Assembly (NCBI RefSeq): GCF_006345805.1
Contig: NW_021832595.1
Location: forward strand, 45,010-109,009
Reading direction: 5' to 3'
Origin: Octopus sinensis
Lineage: Eukaryota
DNA: 64,000 bases
The notes beneath the pieces were generated by a model. It ran no database searches. It was not told where the DNA came from and worked only from the letters and a program-made list of their open reading frames with translations. This document shows, piece after piece, positions 14,301 through 26,235 of this stretch (positions are counted from its first letter, which is position 1; each line of letters opens with the position of its first letter). A program made the translations under genes and the position numbers.

Positions 14301-17300
14301 TCTGAAGATCAGCAAAGGCATTCTGCTGGACATCAGATGGAGTCTCAAGACAGAAAGGAGATGAGACTTTCTGAAGATCAGCAAAGGCATTCTGCTGGAC
14401 ATCAGATGGAGTCTCAAGACAGAAAGGAGATGAGACTTTCTGAAGATCAGCAAAGGCATTCTGCTGGACATCAGATGGAGTCTCAAGACAGAAAGGAGAT
14501 GAGACTTTCTGAAGATCAGCAAAGGCATTCTGCTGGACATCAGATGGAGTCTCAAGACAGAAAGGAGATGAGACTTTCTGAAGATCAGCAAAGGCATTCT
14601 GCTGGACATCAGATGGAGTCTCAAGACAGAAAGGAGATGAGACTTTCTGAAGATCAGCAAAGGCATTCTGCTGGACATCAGATGGAGTCTCAAGACAGAA
14701 AGGAGATGAGACTTTCTGAAGATCAACAAAGGCATTCTGCTGGACATCAGATAGAGTCTCAAGACAGAAAGGAGATGAGACTTTCTGAAGATCAGCAAAG
14801 GCATTCTGCTGGACATCAGATGGAGTCTCAAGACAGAAGGAGATGAGACTTTCTGAAGATCAGCAAAGGCATTCTGCTGGACATCAGATGGAGTCTCAAG
14901 ACAGAAAGGAGATGAGACTTTCCCAAGATCAACAAAGGCATTCTGCTGGACATCAGATGGAGTCTCAAGACAGAAAGGAGATGAGACTTTCTGAAGATCA
15001 GCAAAGGCATTCTGCTGGACATCAGATGGAGTCTCAAGACAGAAAGGAGATGAGACTTTCTGAAGATCAGCAAAGGCATTCTGCTGGACATCAGATGGAG
15101 TCTCAAGACAGAAAGGAGATGAGACTTTCTGAAGATCAGCAAAGGCATTCTGCTGGACATCAGATGGAGTCTCAAGACAGAAAGGAGATGAGACTTTCTG
15201 AAGATCAGCAAAGGCATTCTGCTGGACATCAGATGGAGTCTCAAGACAGAAAGGAGATGAGACTTTCTGAAGATCAGCAAAGGCATTCTGCTGGACATCA
15301 GATGGAGTCTCAAGACAGAAAGGAGATGAGACTTTCTGAAGATCAGCAAAGGCATTCTGCTGGACATCAGATGGAGTCTCAAGACAGAAAGGAGATGAGA
15401 CTTTCTGAAGATCAGCAAAGGCATTCTGCTGGACATCAGATGGAGTCTCAAGACAGAAAGGAGATGAGACTTTCTGAAGATCAGCAAAGGCATTCTGCTG
15501 GACATCAGATGGAGTCTCAAGACAGAAACGAGATGAGACTTTCTGAAGATCAGCAAAGGCATTCTGCTGGACATCAGATGGAGTCTCAAGACAGAAAGGA
15601 GATGAGACTTTCTGAAGATCAGCAAAGGCATTCTGCTGGACATCAGATGGAGTCTCAAGACAGAAAGGAGATGAGACTTTCTGAAGATCAGCAAAGGCAT
15701 TCTGCTGGACATCAGATGGAGTCTCAAGACAGAAAGGAGATGAGACTTTCTGAAGATCAGCAAAGGCATTCTGCTGGACATCAGATGGAGTCTCAAGACA
15801 GAAAGGAGATGAGACTTTCTGAAGATCAGCAAAGGCATTCTGCTGGACATCAGATGGAGTCTCAAGACAGAAAGGAGATGAGACTTTCTGAAGATCAGCA
15901 AAGGCATTCTGCTGGACATCAGATGGAGTCTCAAGACAGAAAGGAGATGAGACTTTCTGAAGATCAGCAAAGGCATTCTGCTGGACATCAGATGGAGTCT
16001 CAAGACAGAAAGGAGATGAGACTTTCTGAAGATCAGCAAAGGCATTCTGCTGGACATCAGATGGAGTCTCAAGACAGAAAGGAGATGAGACTTTCTGAAG
16101 ATCAGCAAAGGCATTCTGCTGGACATCAGATGGAGTCTCAAGACAGAAAGGAGATGAGACTTTCTGAAGATCAGCAAAGGCATTCTGCTGGACATCAGAT
16201 GGAGTCTCAAGACAGAAAGGAGATGAAACTTTCTGAAGATCAGCGAAGGCATTCTGCTGGACATCAGATGGAGTCTCAAGACAGAAAGGAGATGAGACTT
16301 TCTGAAGATCAGCGAAGGCATTCTGCTGGACATCAGATGGAGTCTCAAGACAGAAGGAGATGAGACTTTCCCAAGATCAACAAAGGCATTCTGCTGGACA
16401 TCAGATGGAGTCTCAAGACAGAAAGGAGATGAGACTTTCCCAAGATCAACAAAGGCATTCTGCTGGACATCAGATGGAGTCTCAAGACAGAAAGGAGATG
16501 AGACTTTCTGAAGATCAGCAAAGGCATTCTGCTGGACATCAGATGGAGTCTCAAGACAGAAAGGAGATGAGACTTTCTGAAGATCAGCAAAGGCATTCTG
16601 CTGGACATCAGATGGAGTCTCAAGACAGAAAGGAGATGAGACTTTCTGAAGATCAGCAAAGGCATGCAGCAGCAGCACTTAATGCTGAATCATTAAAACG
16701 TTTAGCTCACCAGATTACGCAGAGGTTCAATAGAATAGCTCTCAGAATCAGGTCACATACAAATTCGCTCTTCACAACACCTGGAGATTCTTTCAGATAT
16801 GATCCATCGCATTCTTATAAAAATGATAATTCTGTCCAAATCGGTGACCTTTCTTGTCATTTGTGCAAAGCTTTTACATTAACTCCACAAATGTTTTGTC
16901 ATCAATGCAGCACTTTCATGTATCACCTGTTTCATATATATACAAACTATGCCCTTTTAATCCCGAGCAACACCGGGTATCTCTGCTAGTTATATATATT
17001 TTGAGTAAGAACATTTGTTGGATTAAATGTGTTGTATACTTTATTTATTACAGGTATTTTTGGTATACCCATAGAAGAAGGAACCAAATGTACAGTAAAG
17101 ACGATAAAGAATTATCTTGATACTCACACAAATTCTAAAATAAAACATATATGTTTGATTGATGTACGGAAGGAAGTAATCAGAGCTTTTAAGCTTCATC
17201 TAGAAATGGTGTTTGGAATCAGTAAAAGCAGAGGTAGGACTTGTTATTTGTTTGATATTTTAGTGAAAACTTAAATGATTTATTTCAGGTGTTAATTATG

Positions 17301-20300
17301 ATTTTTCCTCCTCCTTCAGTCAACTTTTATCTGATTCCTATTATTGGTTTATGGGCACAGCCATGGATTTGTGGTTAAAAAGATTCATTTCTAACCATGT
17401 TAATTCCCAATGTAAGGCAACTCAAGAAAATATCTTCTAATATGGCCAAAGTCTTGTCAACTGGTTTAGAAGATAGAAACTGATACAAGGGCCCCTCATA
17501 TATGTACTGTGTGTGTTTGTACTCTTGTCTTGACATCATGTGATGGCTGTAAACGAGCATCCCCAGCATACAGGTGAGGTTGTTTGTTTCCTGTCTTCTG
17601 TGGAAACCATGTCTGGCCAGGGGGAAATATTACCTTGCTTGGAAACAGGTGAGGGTCAGCATCAGGAAGAGCATCCAGCTATAGAAAGTCTGCCTCAATA
17701 AACTAATCTGACCCATGCAAGCAGGGAACAATGGATGTGAAAACAAGGATGATGATGTTTAATTTATTGCAGTTGATAAAATACTCTTGTCTCACTCTGT
17801 GAATCCTGTCTTGTATAAATAACGAAGGATAATTATAATTATTTATCTGATACATTGTAAACATGAGTATTGCTTGTAATTACTATGAAGTTATAGATTC
17901 CCCCCCCCCACCTCAAAAGAAAAGGGCTTTTTCAATAAGTGAATGACTTCTCAGTTTCTCTGACTAAAAATTAAAATTTAGTGCAATTTTTTTAATGACT
18001 TCTTTCTTTTTTGATTTGTTATTATCATCTGCAGCAGTGGTGGGGGTGGGGTCTTTTAGCAGGGATGCAGTCAGTAAGGTGAGGGTGGACAATGAGTATA
18101 GCGATTAATCTAAGGTACAGGTAGAGGTTCACTAAGGATTGGTCCTCAGTCCCCTTTTGTTTATCATAGTCCACTAGACAATAACAGGGCAATTTAAGAT
18201 ATGCTGCCCCTGGGAGCTCCTCTATGCTGATGAACTTGTTCTCATAGTTGAATCACTTCCAGAACTAAAAAAGAAATTTCAGGTGTGGAAGCAAGGTTTA
18301 GAATCAAAGGGCCTTAGAGTTAACCTGGCAAAGACCAAAGTTTTAGTAAGTAGGAAGGCAGACAAATTACAAACCCCTTTGGGTAGATGGCCCTGCTTGT
18401 TCTGTTGAAAAAGCATTGGCAGAAGCTCCATGTGATGTATCCAGTGCAAGCGATGGATACATAAGAGGTACAGCAATATCAGAGGAAGGTTAACTGGGAA
18501 AATAGTTTTGTGTTTGGAAGGGGCACAGGTACAATAAATACTAAAAATGTACAGAAAATAGATTCCATTAATTGCTAGTGGGGTAAGCTAGATAGCTTCT
18601 GTTATGTAGGTGACCAAGTCAGTAGCAAATTGGATGCTCTGAGAGTGTAGCTGTGAGAATAAGATTAGGTTAGGTGAAAGTTCAGAAAGCTCCTAACTCT
18701 GCTGGCAACAAAAGGCCTCTCCTTCAGAGTGAAAGGCAGATTGTAGGATGCCTGTGGGAAAACAGCCATGTTCCATGACAGGGAAATGTGGGCTGTGATC
18801 ACAGAGGACATGTGAAAGATATGAAGCTAGAAGATAGAAATAATTACAGAGGTAACAAATTGTTGGTTCAGGTGATGAAGGTTACAGAGAGAGTCATAAC
18901 CCAACTAATTAGGGAGAAACTTAGTCTAGATGAGATGCAGTTTGGGTTTGTGCCAGGGAGAAGCACCACTGGTGCTATGTTTCTGGTAAGGTAACTGTAG
19001 GAGAAATGCCAAGCCAAATCTTGTCTTTTGTTGACTTTTGACAGCGTCCGCTCATCCCATATCTGGTGGTCACTGTGGAAACTAGGGATAGACGAGTGGT
19101 TGGTGAGATCTGTACAACCCTTGTACAGGAACGCTACCAGTAAGGTGAAGGTGGGCAACAGGTATAGTGAAGAATTTGGAGTACAAGTAGGGATTCAGCA
19201 AGGAATGGGTGCTCAACCCCCTTTTGTTCATCATAGTTCTCCAGGCAATAACAGAGGAATTCAAGACAAGCTGCCCCTGGGAGCTCCTATACCCTGATGA
19301 CCTTGTTCTTATAGCTGAATCACTACCTGAGCTAGAGAAGAAGTTCAAGGTATGGAAACAAGATCTAGAATCAAAAGGCCTTAGAGTTAACCTAGCAAAA
19401 ACCAAAGTCATTGTAAGTAGGAAGGCAGACAGATCACAAATCCTCTCAGGCAGATGGCCCTGCTCAGTCTGTAGAAAAGGTGTAGGTAGAAACTCCATAA
19501 GCTGCACCCATTGTAATCTTTGGACACAAAGGAAGGTTAACAGAGAAATTAACTTTTGGTATGTGGAAGGTGCACAGGTACAATAAACACTGAAAATGCA
19601 CAGAAAATAGACTCTATCAACTGCAGGTTAGAGGTAGTAGATAGATTCGGTTACCTAGGTGACCAAGTTAGTAGTGGAGGTGGATGTTCTGAGAGTATAG
19701 CTGTGAGAATAAGATTAGGCTGGGCAAAGTTCAGAGAGCCCCTGCTTCTGTTGGTAACAAAGGACTTCTCCCTCAGAGTGAAAGCCAGATTGTATGAAGC
19801 CTGTGAGTGAACAGCTATGCTACATGGCAGTGAAACATGGGCTATGACAGCCAAGGACATGTGTAGGCTTGAGAAAAATGAAGCCAGTATGCTTCACTGG
19901 ATGTGCAATGTCAGTATGCATGTTCGACAGAGTGTAAGCATCTTGAGAGAAAAGTTAGGCATAAGAGGAATCAGATGAGGTGTGCTGGTATGGTCATGTG
20001 ATGCATATGGACAGGTGTGTAAAGAGGTGCCAATCTCTAACTGTGGAGGGAACTTATGATAGAAGTAGACCCAGGAAGACATGGGACAAGGTGGTGAAGC
20101 ACGATCTTCAAACTTTGAGCCTCACAGAGGCAATGATTGGTGACCGAGACCTTTAGTGATGTGCTGTGCTTGAGAGGACCCCTTCAAGCTATGTGCACCC
20201 ATGCCAGTGGAACATAAAGAACGTCTTTTGAACTTTGGGCCTCACAGAGGCAAATTAGCTGAGTTCCTTTCAAACATTGAGCTTCACAGAAACAAAGTGG

Positions 20301-23300
20301 CTGAGTTCCTTTCAAGTGTTGGGCCCACAGAGGCAATGACTGAGACCTTTGGCATTATGTTGTGTTTGAGAATATGACCCATCATGCCGAGCAAAATTGC
20401 AGTCGTGGAAGATACTGGTGTTGCACAAAATGACACCCATGCCGGTGGCATGTAGAAGCACCCATTACACTCTCAGTGTGATTGACATTTGGAAAGACAT
20501 CAGCTGTAAGAACCATGCCAAATCTGACTGGAACCTGGTACAGCTTTCCAGCCTATCAGCTTCAGTCAAACCATCCAACCCATGTCAGCATGGAAAGTGG
20601 ATGTTAAATGACGATGATTATGATGATGATTTACATTTTAAACAAATCAAAATAGATGAACATCAATGGAATTTGTATCTTTGTGGTACCAGTGCTGGTG
20701 GCACACAAGAAAACCATCCGAACGTGGCTGTAGCCAGTACCGTATCGACTGGCCTCTGTGCTGTGGGCACGTAAAAAACACCATCCGATTGTGGCCGTTC
20801 GCCAGCCTCATCTGGCACCTGTGTCAGTGGCACATAAAAACACCATCCGAAGACCCGGCAAGACTAGTCAGGCCATAACCCGTGGCCCCTACCTGGGACG
20901 TAGTCAGTCTAGCTGTGCATACCTTCCTTCTTGTGACACTTGTGAAGACCTGTTGAGGCAAGTGAAAATCAAATCAAAAAATCAAAACAAATCAAAATAG
21001 ATGAACATCAATGGAATTTGTATCTTTGTGGTACTAGTGCCGGTGGCACACAAGAAAACCATCCGAACGTGGCCGTAGCCAGTACCGCATCGACTGGCCT
21101 CCATGCTGTGGGCACGTAACAAACACCATCCGATCGTGGCCGTTCACCAGCCTAATCTGGCACCTGTGTCGGTGGCACATAAAAACACCACCCGAGCGTG
21201 GCCGTTCGCCAGCCTCGTCTGGCACCTGTGTCGGTGGCACATAAAAACACCACCCGAGCGTGGCCGTTCGCCAGCCTCATCTGGCACCTGTGTCGGTGGC
21301 ACATAAAATCACCCACTACACTCTCGGAGTGGTTGGCGTTAGGAAGGGCATCCAGCTGTAGAAACACTGCCAGATCTGACTGGCCTGGTGCAGCCTTCGG
21401 GCTCCCCAGACCCCAGTTGAACCGTCCAACTCATGCTAGCATGGAAAGCGGACGTTAAATGATGATGATGATGATTCTTTAAGAGAGAAATTTCTTGAAA
21501 TAAGTGTTTTATCTTCTTACGTCCAATAATGTTGAACCAAGAGTTATAGCGTTGTCTGACTCTGAAGTATTTACGAGAGGCCATTTAGCTCTGGAAGCCT
21601 TCTTCAACTGAATAACCAAGTTTCTTTCCTTGAACAGCTTAACCTGTTAGAAATTACTTATCACATGACCATCAGCCTGAGTCATGTGATGTGGTAAGCA
21701 GGTAAATTGTGTGAAGCAGACAACACTGCCATATGAGTGAGATATACATCATCATCGTTTAACGTCCGTTTTCCGTGCTAGCACGGGTTGGACAGTTCGA
21801 CCGGGGTCTGGGAAGCCAGGGGCTGCACCAGGCTCCAGTCTGATCTGGTGAAAGAAAAATTACAAGAAAGGTTTTAAAATGTACCATATATACATACATA
21901 TATATATATATATACATATATATATGTATATATATGTGTGTGTATATATATATATATATCCTTGATTAAAGTTTAAAGATTATATGTTTATTTTGGACTT
22001 CTGGTCACACATATGCAATAATATACAGCAACTGGTCTGAGTATTACCTGTACCATACCCATACATGTATGTCCCAACAGATTTCTTTCCCTATAGTTTC
22101 AAGAAAAACATAATTTTTTAATGAAATTTTCTATAAATAAGCTTCAGATGGTATAAATTCCAATTCTATTGGAACATGTTGTAAAAAACAACAAAAAAAC
22201 CCCACTCAAAAACAAATATCTGATGTGTATCAATATTTATGTATGCTATCCCAGCAATTTATATTTTTGCATCAAATTCCATTATTATCCTAATATACAC
22301 ACCTTGAAAGATATTTGTGGAAATTTTCCTTTAAAAATAGCCATTTTCCCAAAAGTTATGAGGAAACGAATTTGAGTTTATGTGAATTTTCTGAAAAACC
22401 TCTCTCCACTCCCTCAAAAACATTTTTTCACACCAAATTCCCAACTTAGTGGAATCTACACCATCTGAAGCCTGTTTTAATAAATGTTTTAAGCAAAAAC
22501 GTTTCATAAGAGGTGGAAGATCACATTTTACTAACCAGTTTCACTGTTTTCAGACTTTGAAAGTTTCAAGTATGTTCTTCAATGTATTTTTAGTCCATTT
22601 GGTAGAAGAAATAGATGGAAATAACGTTATATAGCCTTGTTGCTATATAAAAGGTGTGTGTGTGTGGGGGGGGGGGGGGAGAATGACTACAAGTTAGCAT
22701 GTATTCTCTTGCTAAATCATATTTTCAGAAAGGAATACCATTACTATTTATATGGAATAAAGTAGTTCTTTTAAGAGAGAGAGAAGAATGTTCAATTGTT
22801 TATTTTCAGGAACCACATCATTCAACGCATCCCTTCTTGGTCCACAACAGAAAGCAGCCCCTATGACACCCAGAACTAATGTGGCATCCGGAGAAAATGC
22901 TGGCATCAAAATACAACTAATGATTGGTTCAATTTCTAATGCATCTGTGAGTAAATAGATTCACTTAACATATTTATATTTAATTGTTATTTCATTTGCA
23001 AATGAGGAATCATTTCCAGTTAATTAAAACATTTTCTCAATCAAACTCAAACATTTTATTTCCTTCACATCTGATATCTTGAGTATATCTTTTGCTAACT
23101 TTAACAACCGCAGACTTACTACAGCCATTCTGTAGAGCCTTACTTAACAACAATATCAACTGCAACAATGTATCTCTCTTCTCCACGGAATGTTCCTTAG
23201 CTGTTTACCATTAATTACTTTTGTAGGTTGATGTCATCGTTAACAGCACCAATAAAAACCTCCTGCTTAATAATGGTTCTATCTCCAATTTATTCTCAAT

Positions 23301-26193
23301 GCTGCTGGTCCCCAGATACAAAGCGAATGTAGCCAGAAATATCCTCAAGGTATTTCTACTTCTGAAGTAGCCATAACTAAAGGATATAACCTCAAATGTA
23401 AGAATGTTTTTCATCTGGCATTACCGCCCTGGGGTGTAAACTCCTCACATTCAGTAAGTATTATTCATATGTATTTGATTTATTGAAACAGTTAATGTTT
23501 GAAGAGAACCTTATGCATGTTGTGTGAGAATCATAAAGCAAATGTCAGCATCCTGTTTAATATTTGTTCTTCCAAGTTATCATTGGAAGGAAGCAGAAGA
23601 TATCGATGAACAGGACACTTTTATATATAAATAGAAGGAAAAAAGCCTCATGGCCTAACAACAGTTATGTGACTGATAAATAAGACTATATTCAAACATA
23701 TTTCTGTGTTTTACTGTCTGTATTGGTGAGTTTTTCTCTGTCATGGCACGAGCACTAGAGAGGTAGTCATGTCCTCAACAACACCAAAGACTCCTCTTGG
23801 GTCTGCATTGTCTCTCTTCATTCACCTATCATTTTACACGGTGGATTGGGTCTGTTTTATTGTAGCAGCATCATGAGTGAGGTTGCCTTGTCCCTTGCAG
23901 GACTAAAGAGTGATAGGAATGACAGTTGTGTTTAGCAGTGGCAGGAGTGAGAGGAGTTGTGAGAGGAGGATATATTTATTACAACTTAATGGTTTCTTCC
24001 TGTAATAAGAAAATAATTTAATAAAATGTTCATTATCAATTACTAAACAATTATTTTTTTTAGACTCTGGCAAACTTGACTCAAATAATAACCATTTGTC
24101 TGGGGAAAGCTGAGAGAAGAGGAGCAAAAAGCCTTGCATTTCCTATATTAGGGGCTGGAAAATTGAGGTACCCCATTGAAAACCTACCCAGAACTATGTA
24201 TGAAGCAGTGAAAAACTACTCAAAGCAAAATTCAAGCCAGATCAAAGTTGTAAACTTTGTGGTTTATCCTCAAGACACAGAAATAGTAAAGGTTGGTTGA
24301 TGTATTTGTTGTTTGTTGTTTTATGTTGATATTCTTGGAATTCACCAAAACAAAGAAAATATTCTGCAATAAACAAAGGAAATCGAAATGAAAATAAAAC
24401 TTAGAATCATGCTCGTTATTTATCACCTGTTTTCCATGCTGGCATGGGTTGGACAGTTTGACAGGAACTGGCTAGGCAAAGAGCCAAACCTGGTTCCATT
24501 CTTTGTTTTGGTATGGATTCTGCAGTTGAGATACCCTTCCTAACATCAACCAATTTACAGAGTGTACTGGGTGCTTTTTACGTGGCACCAGCACCGACAG
24601 AATTACCAATTATCTTGCAAGACAAGAACCCCTCAACTGGACGGGAGTGGGGGGAATGGTACTGGTCGGCTGTGGCTTTGCGCCAGTTGAAAGACTTAGG
24701 GTATACTGGGGACAGAGAGAGGTATCTTGCTGTAGAGTAGTTACATGAATGCCCCAGTTGGAAGGAAAAGGAAAGAAGGGGTCAGATAGTAAGATAAAAA
24801 GAGTGATAGTGAGAGATATGATGGTGGAGATGTGATGGGACATGCCCTCGAGGGAGATGGGGTGGTGAGGATAGGTAAGGGGATATAGAGGCTTCAGCTG
24901 GGTGAGGGGGGCAGGATGAGATGATTGTAACAAATGATGCAGTGAAATATAGAAATGGCTTGTGGGGTTGCAGTAGATATATGTGGGTATTGAGGGCAAT
25001 AGTAGATAAGCAAGGAGTTGATGATGGAGAGCAGCAGAGGGAGAAGAGAGAAGGTGCAGAAAGGAGGTGGGGTTAGTATGTGCCTATTCTGCTCTCAGGT
25101 AATAGAGGAAATGGTGGATGTTAGGAAATGAAATGTGTGTGTATGGAATGGGAGAGAAGGTTGACATGGCAGCGCCCCTCATGGACAAACATTATCGTTA
25201 TTTGGATATCAATTCTGTTCTGGTGGGCATGTCTTCTTAAGTACAGCCATGTACCATATATCTCATCCCTTTGTCATCTCCTTCATAAGGCTCACTGTTT
25301 TGAGATTGGCCTTCAATTCTTCATCCCATGTCTTCCTGGGGTCTCCCCCTTCCATAGCTTCCAACAACATCAAATTCCAACTTGATATTTTTCGAATTAA
25401 CCCAAAACATATTCTGTAATTAATGAAGGAAATGATTATGAAGATAAAATATGGAATCAGTTTTGTAAATTTATTTATTGGTGTCTTAGAATTCTTCAGT
25501 TGGAATGTTGGAATCTTTGATGTGTCTCATGGCCCTGTCTTCCATACTTATAGGTTAGCTTGGTTTTCTTCAACTCTTCCATTCCATGATTTAATTCTTT
25601 GTAACTTGATATGGATTCAGTGTAGCTATGCTGTGCCTTAACTTGCTAGTAATGGCAACCAAGTGTCCCTTGCTCTCATTTAAATTGGATGAGTTTTAAG
25701 GGTGTTCAACAGGATACTTTCTGCTATTTGTTTCAGCCCTTGGCATTCTGAGTTCAAATCCTACTAATGCTGTATTAACCTTTTATCGCTTCACAATTGA
25801 TAAAAATCTCCCAATCTTGATGGCTGGATTGGTGGAACTGGAAGAATGACATTTCTTCTGTGGTATTTGTTTCAGTACTTGGCATTCTGAGTTCAAATCC
25901 TGCCATGGCGTTGCCGGAGTGTTAACTTAAACCATCCTTTGGTTTCACACCAACCCTCGGCACCTTGGCTATGTTTACTGGAATTCCCTTTGTCACAAGC
26001 ATTTCAGCGACGTGTCTGGTTTGAGGAAATTTAAGATTTCAGCAAAGAAGGAAGGGGAAATGTTTTAACTTAGTCTGAATCTAACAAAAGACTTGCTTGC
26101 TGTTTGAATTGGTCAGTGACTGAGTGAATTCAGCTGAAGATTTTTATGATGTCAACAAGTAATGTTCACAAGTATTGAAGAGAGTGATAGAGG

Positions 26194-26235
<42 letters not shown>

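Larger units (their letters stand above)
11641..16989 (+). mobile_element. Non-autonomous Helitron (internally deleted) with STPR-like array
   Basis: 5' A|TCTATATGTATAAAA...ctacagttttcaactgattttcaccaaacttt at 11641; 3' cccg-agcaacac-cggg hairpin then CTAG|T at 16986-16990. Internal remnant MPPKGKHNLSRN..., 23-aa repeats, and [28 protein letters not shown] resembling the Helitron Rep N-terminal YDP..IG.M..C..C motif. No Rep/helicase core. 5' end less certain than 3' end. Confidence 0.8.

Noticed and set aside
13738-16668. CRISPR-like array or alternative exon of the PARP gene
   Set aside because: Contiguous identical units with no spacers, in eukaryotic context. The acceptor at ~13278 would give G|AA TAT TGA (immediate stop) after exon B, so it is not an in-frame PARP exon.
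13714-16678. Long minus-strand ORFs ([24 protein letters not shown])n
   Set aside because: By-product of a 69-bp (3n) unit without a stop in that frame; only the + frame resembles STPR and continues into Helitron-like sequence.
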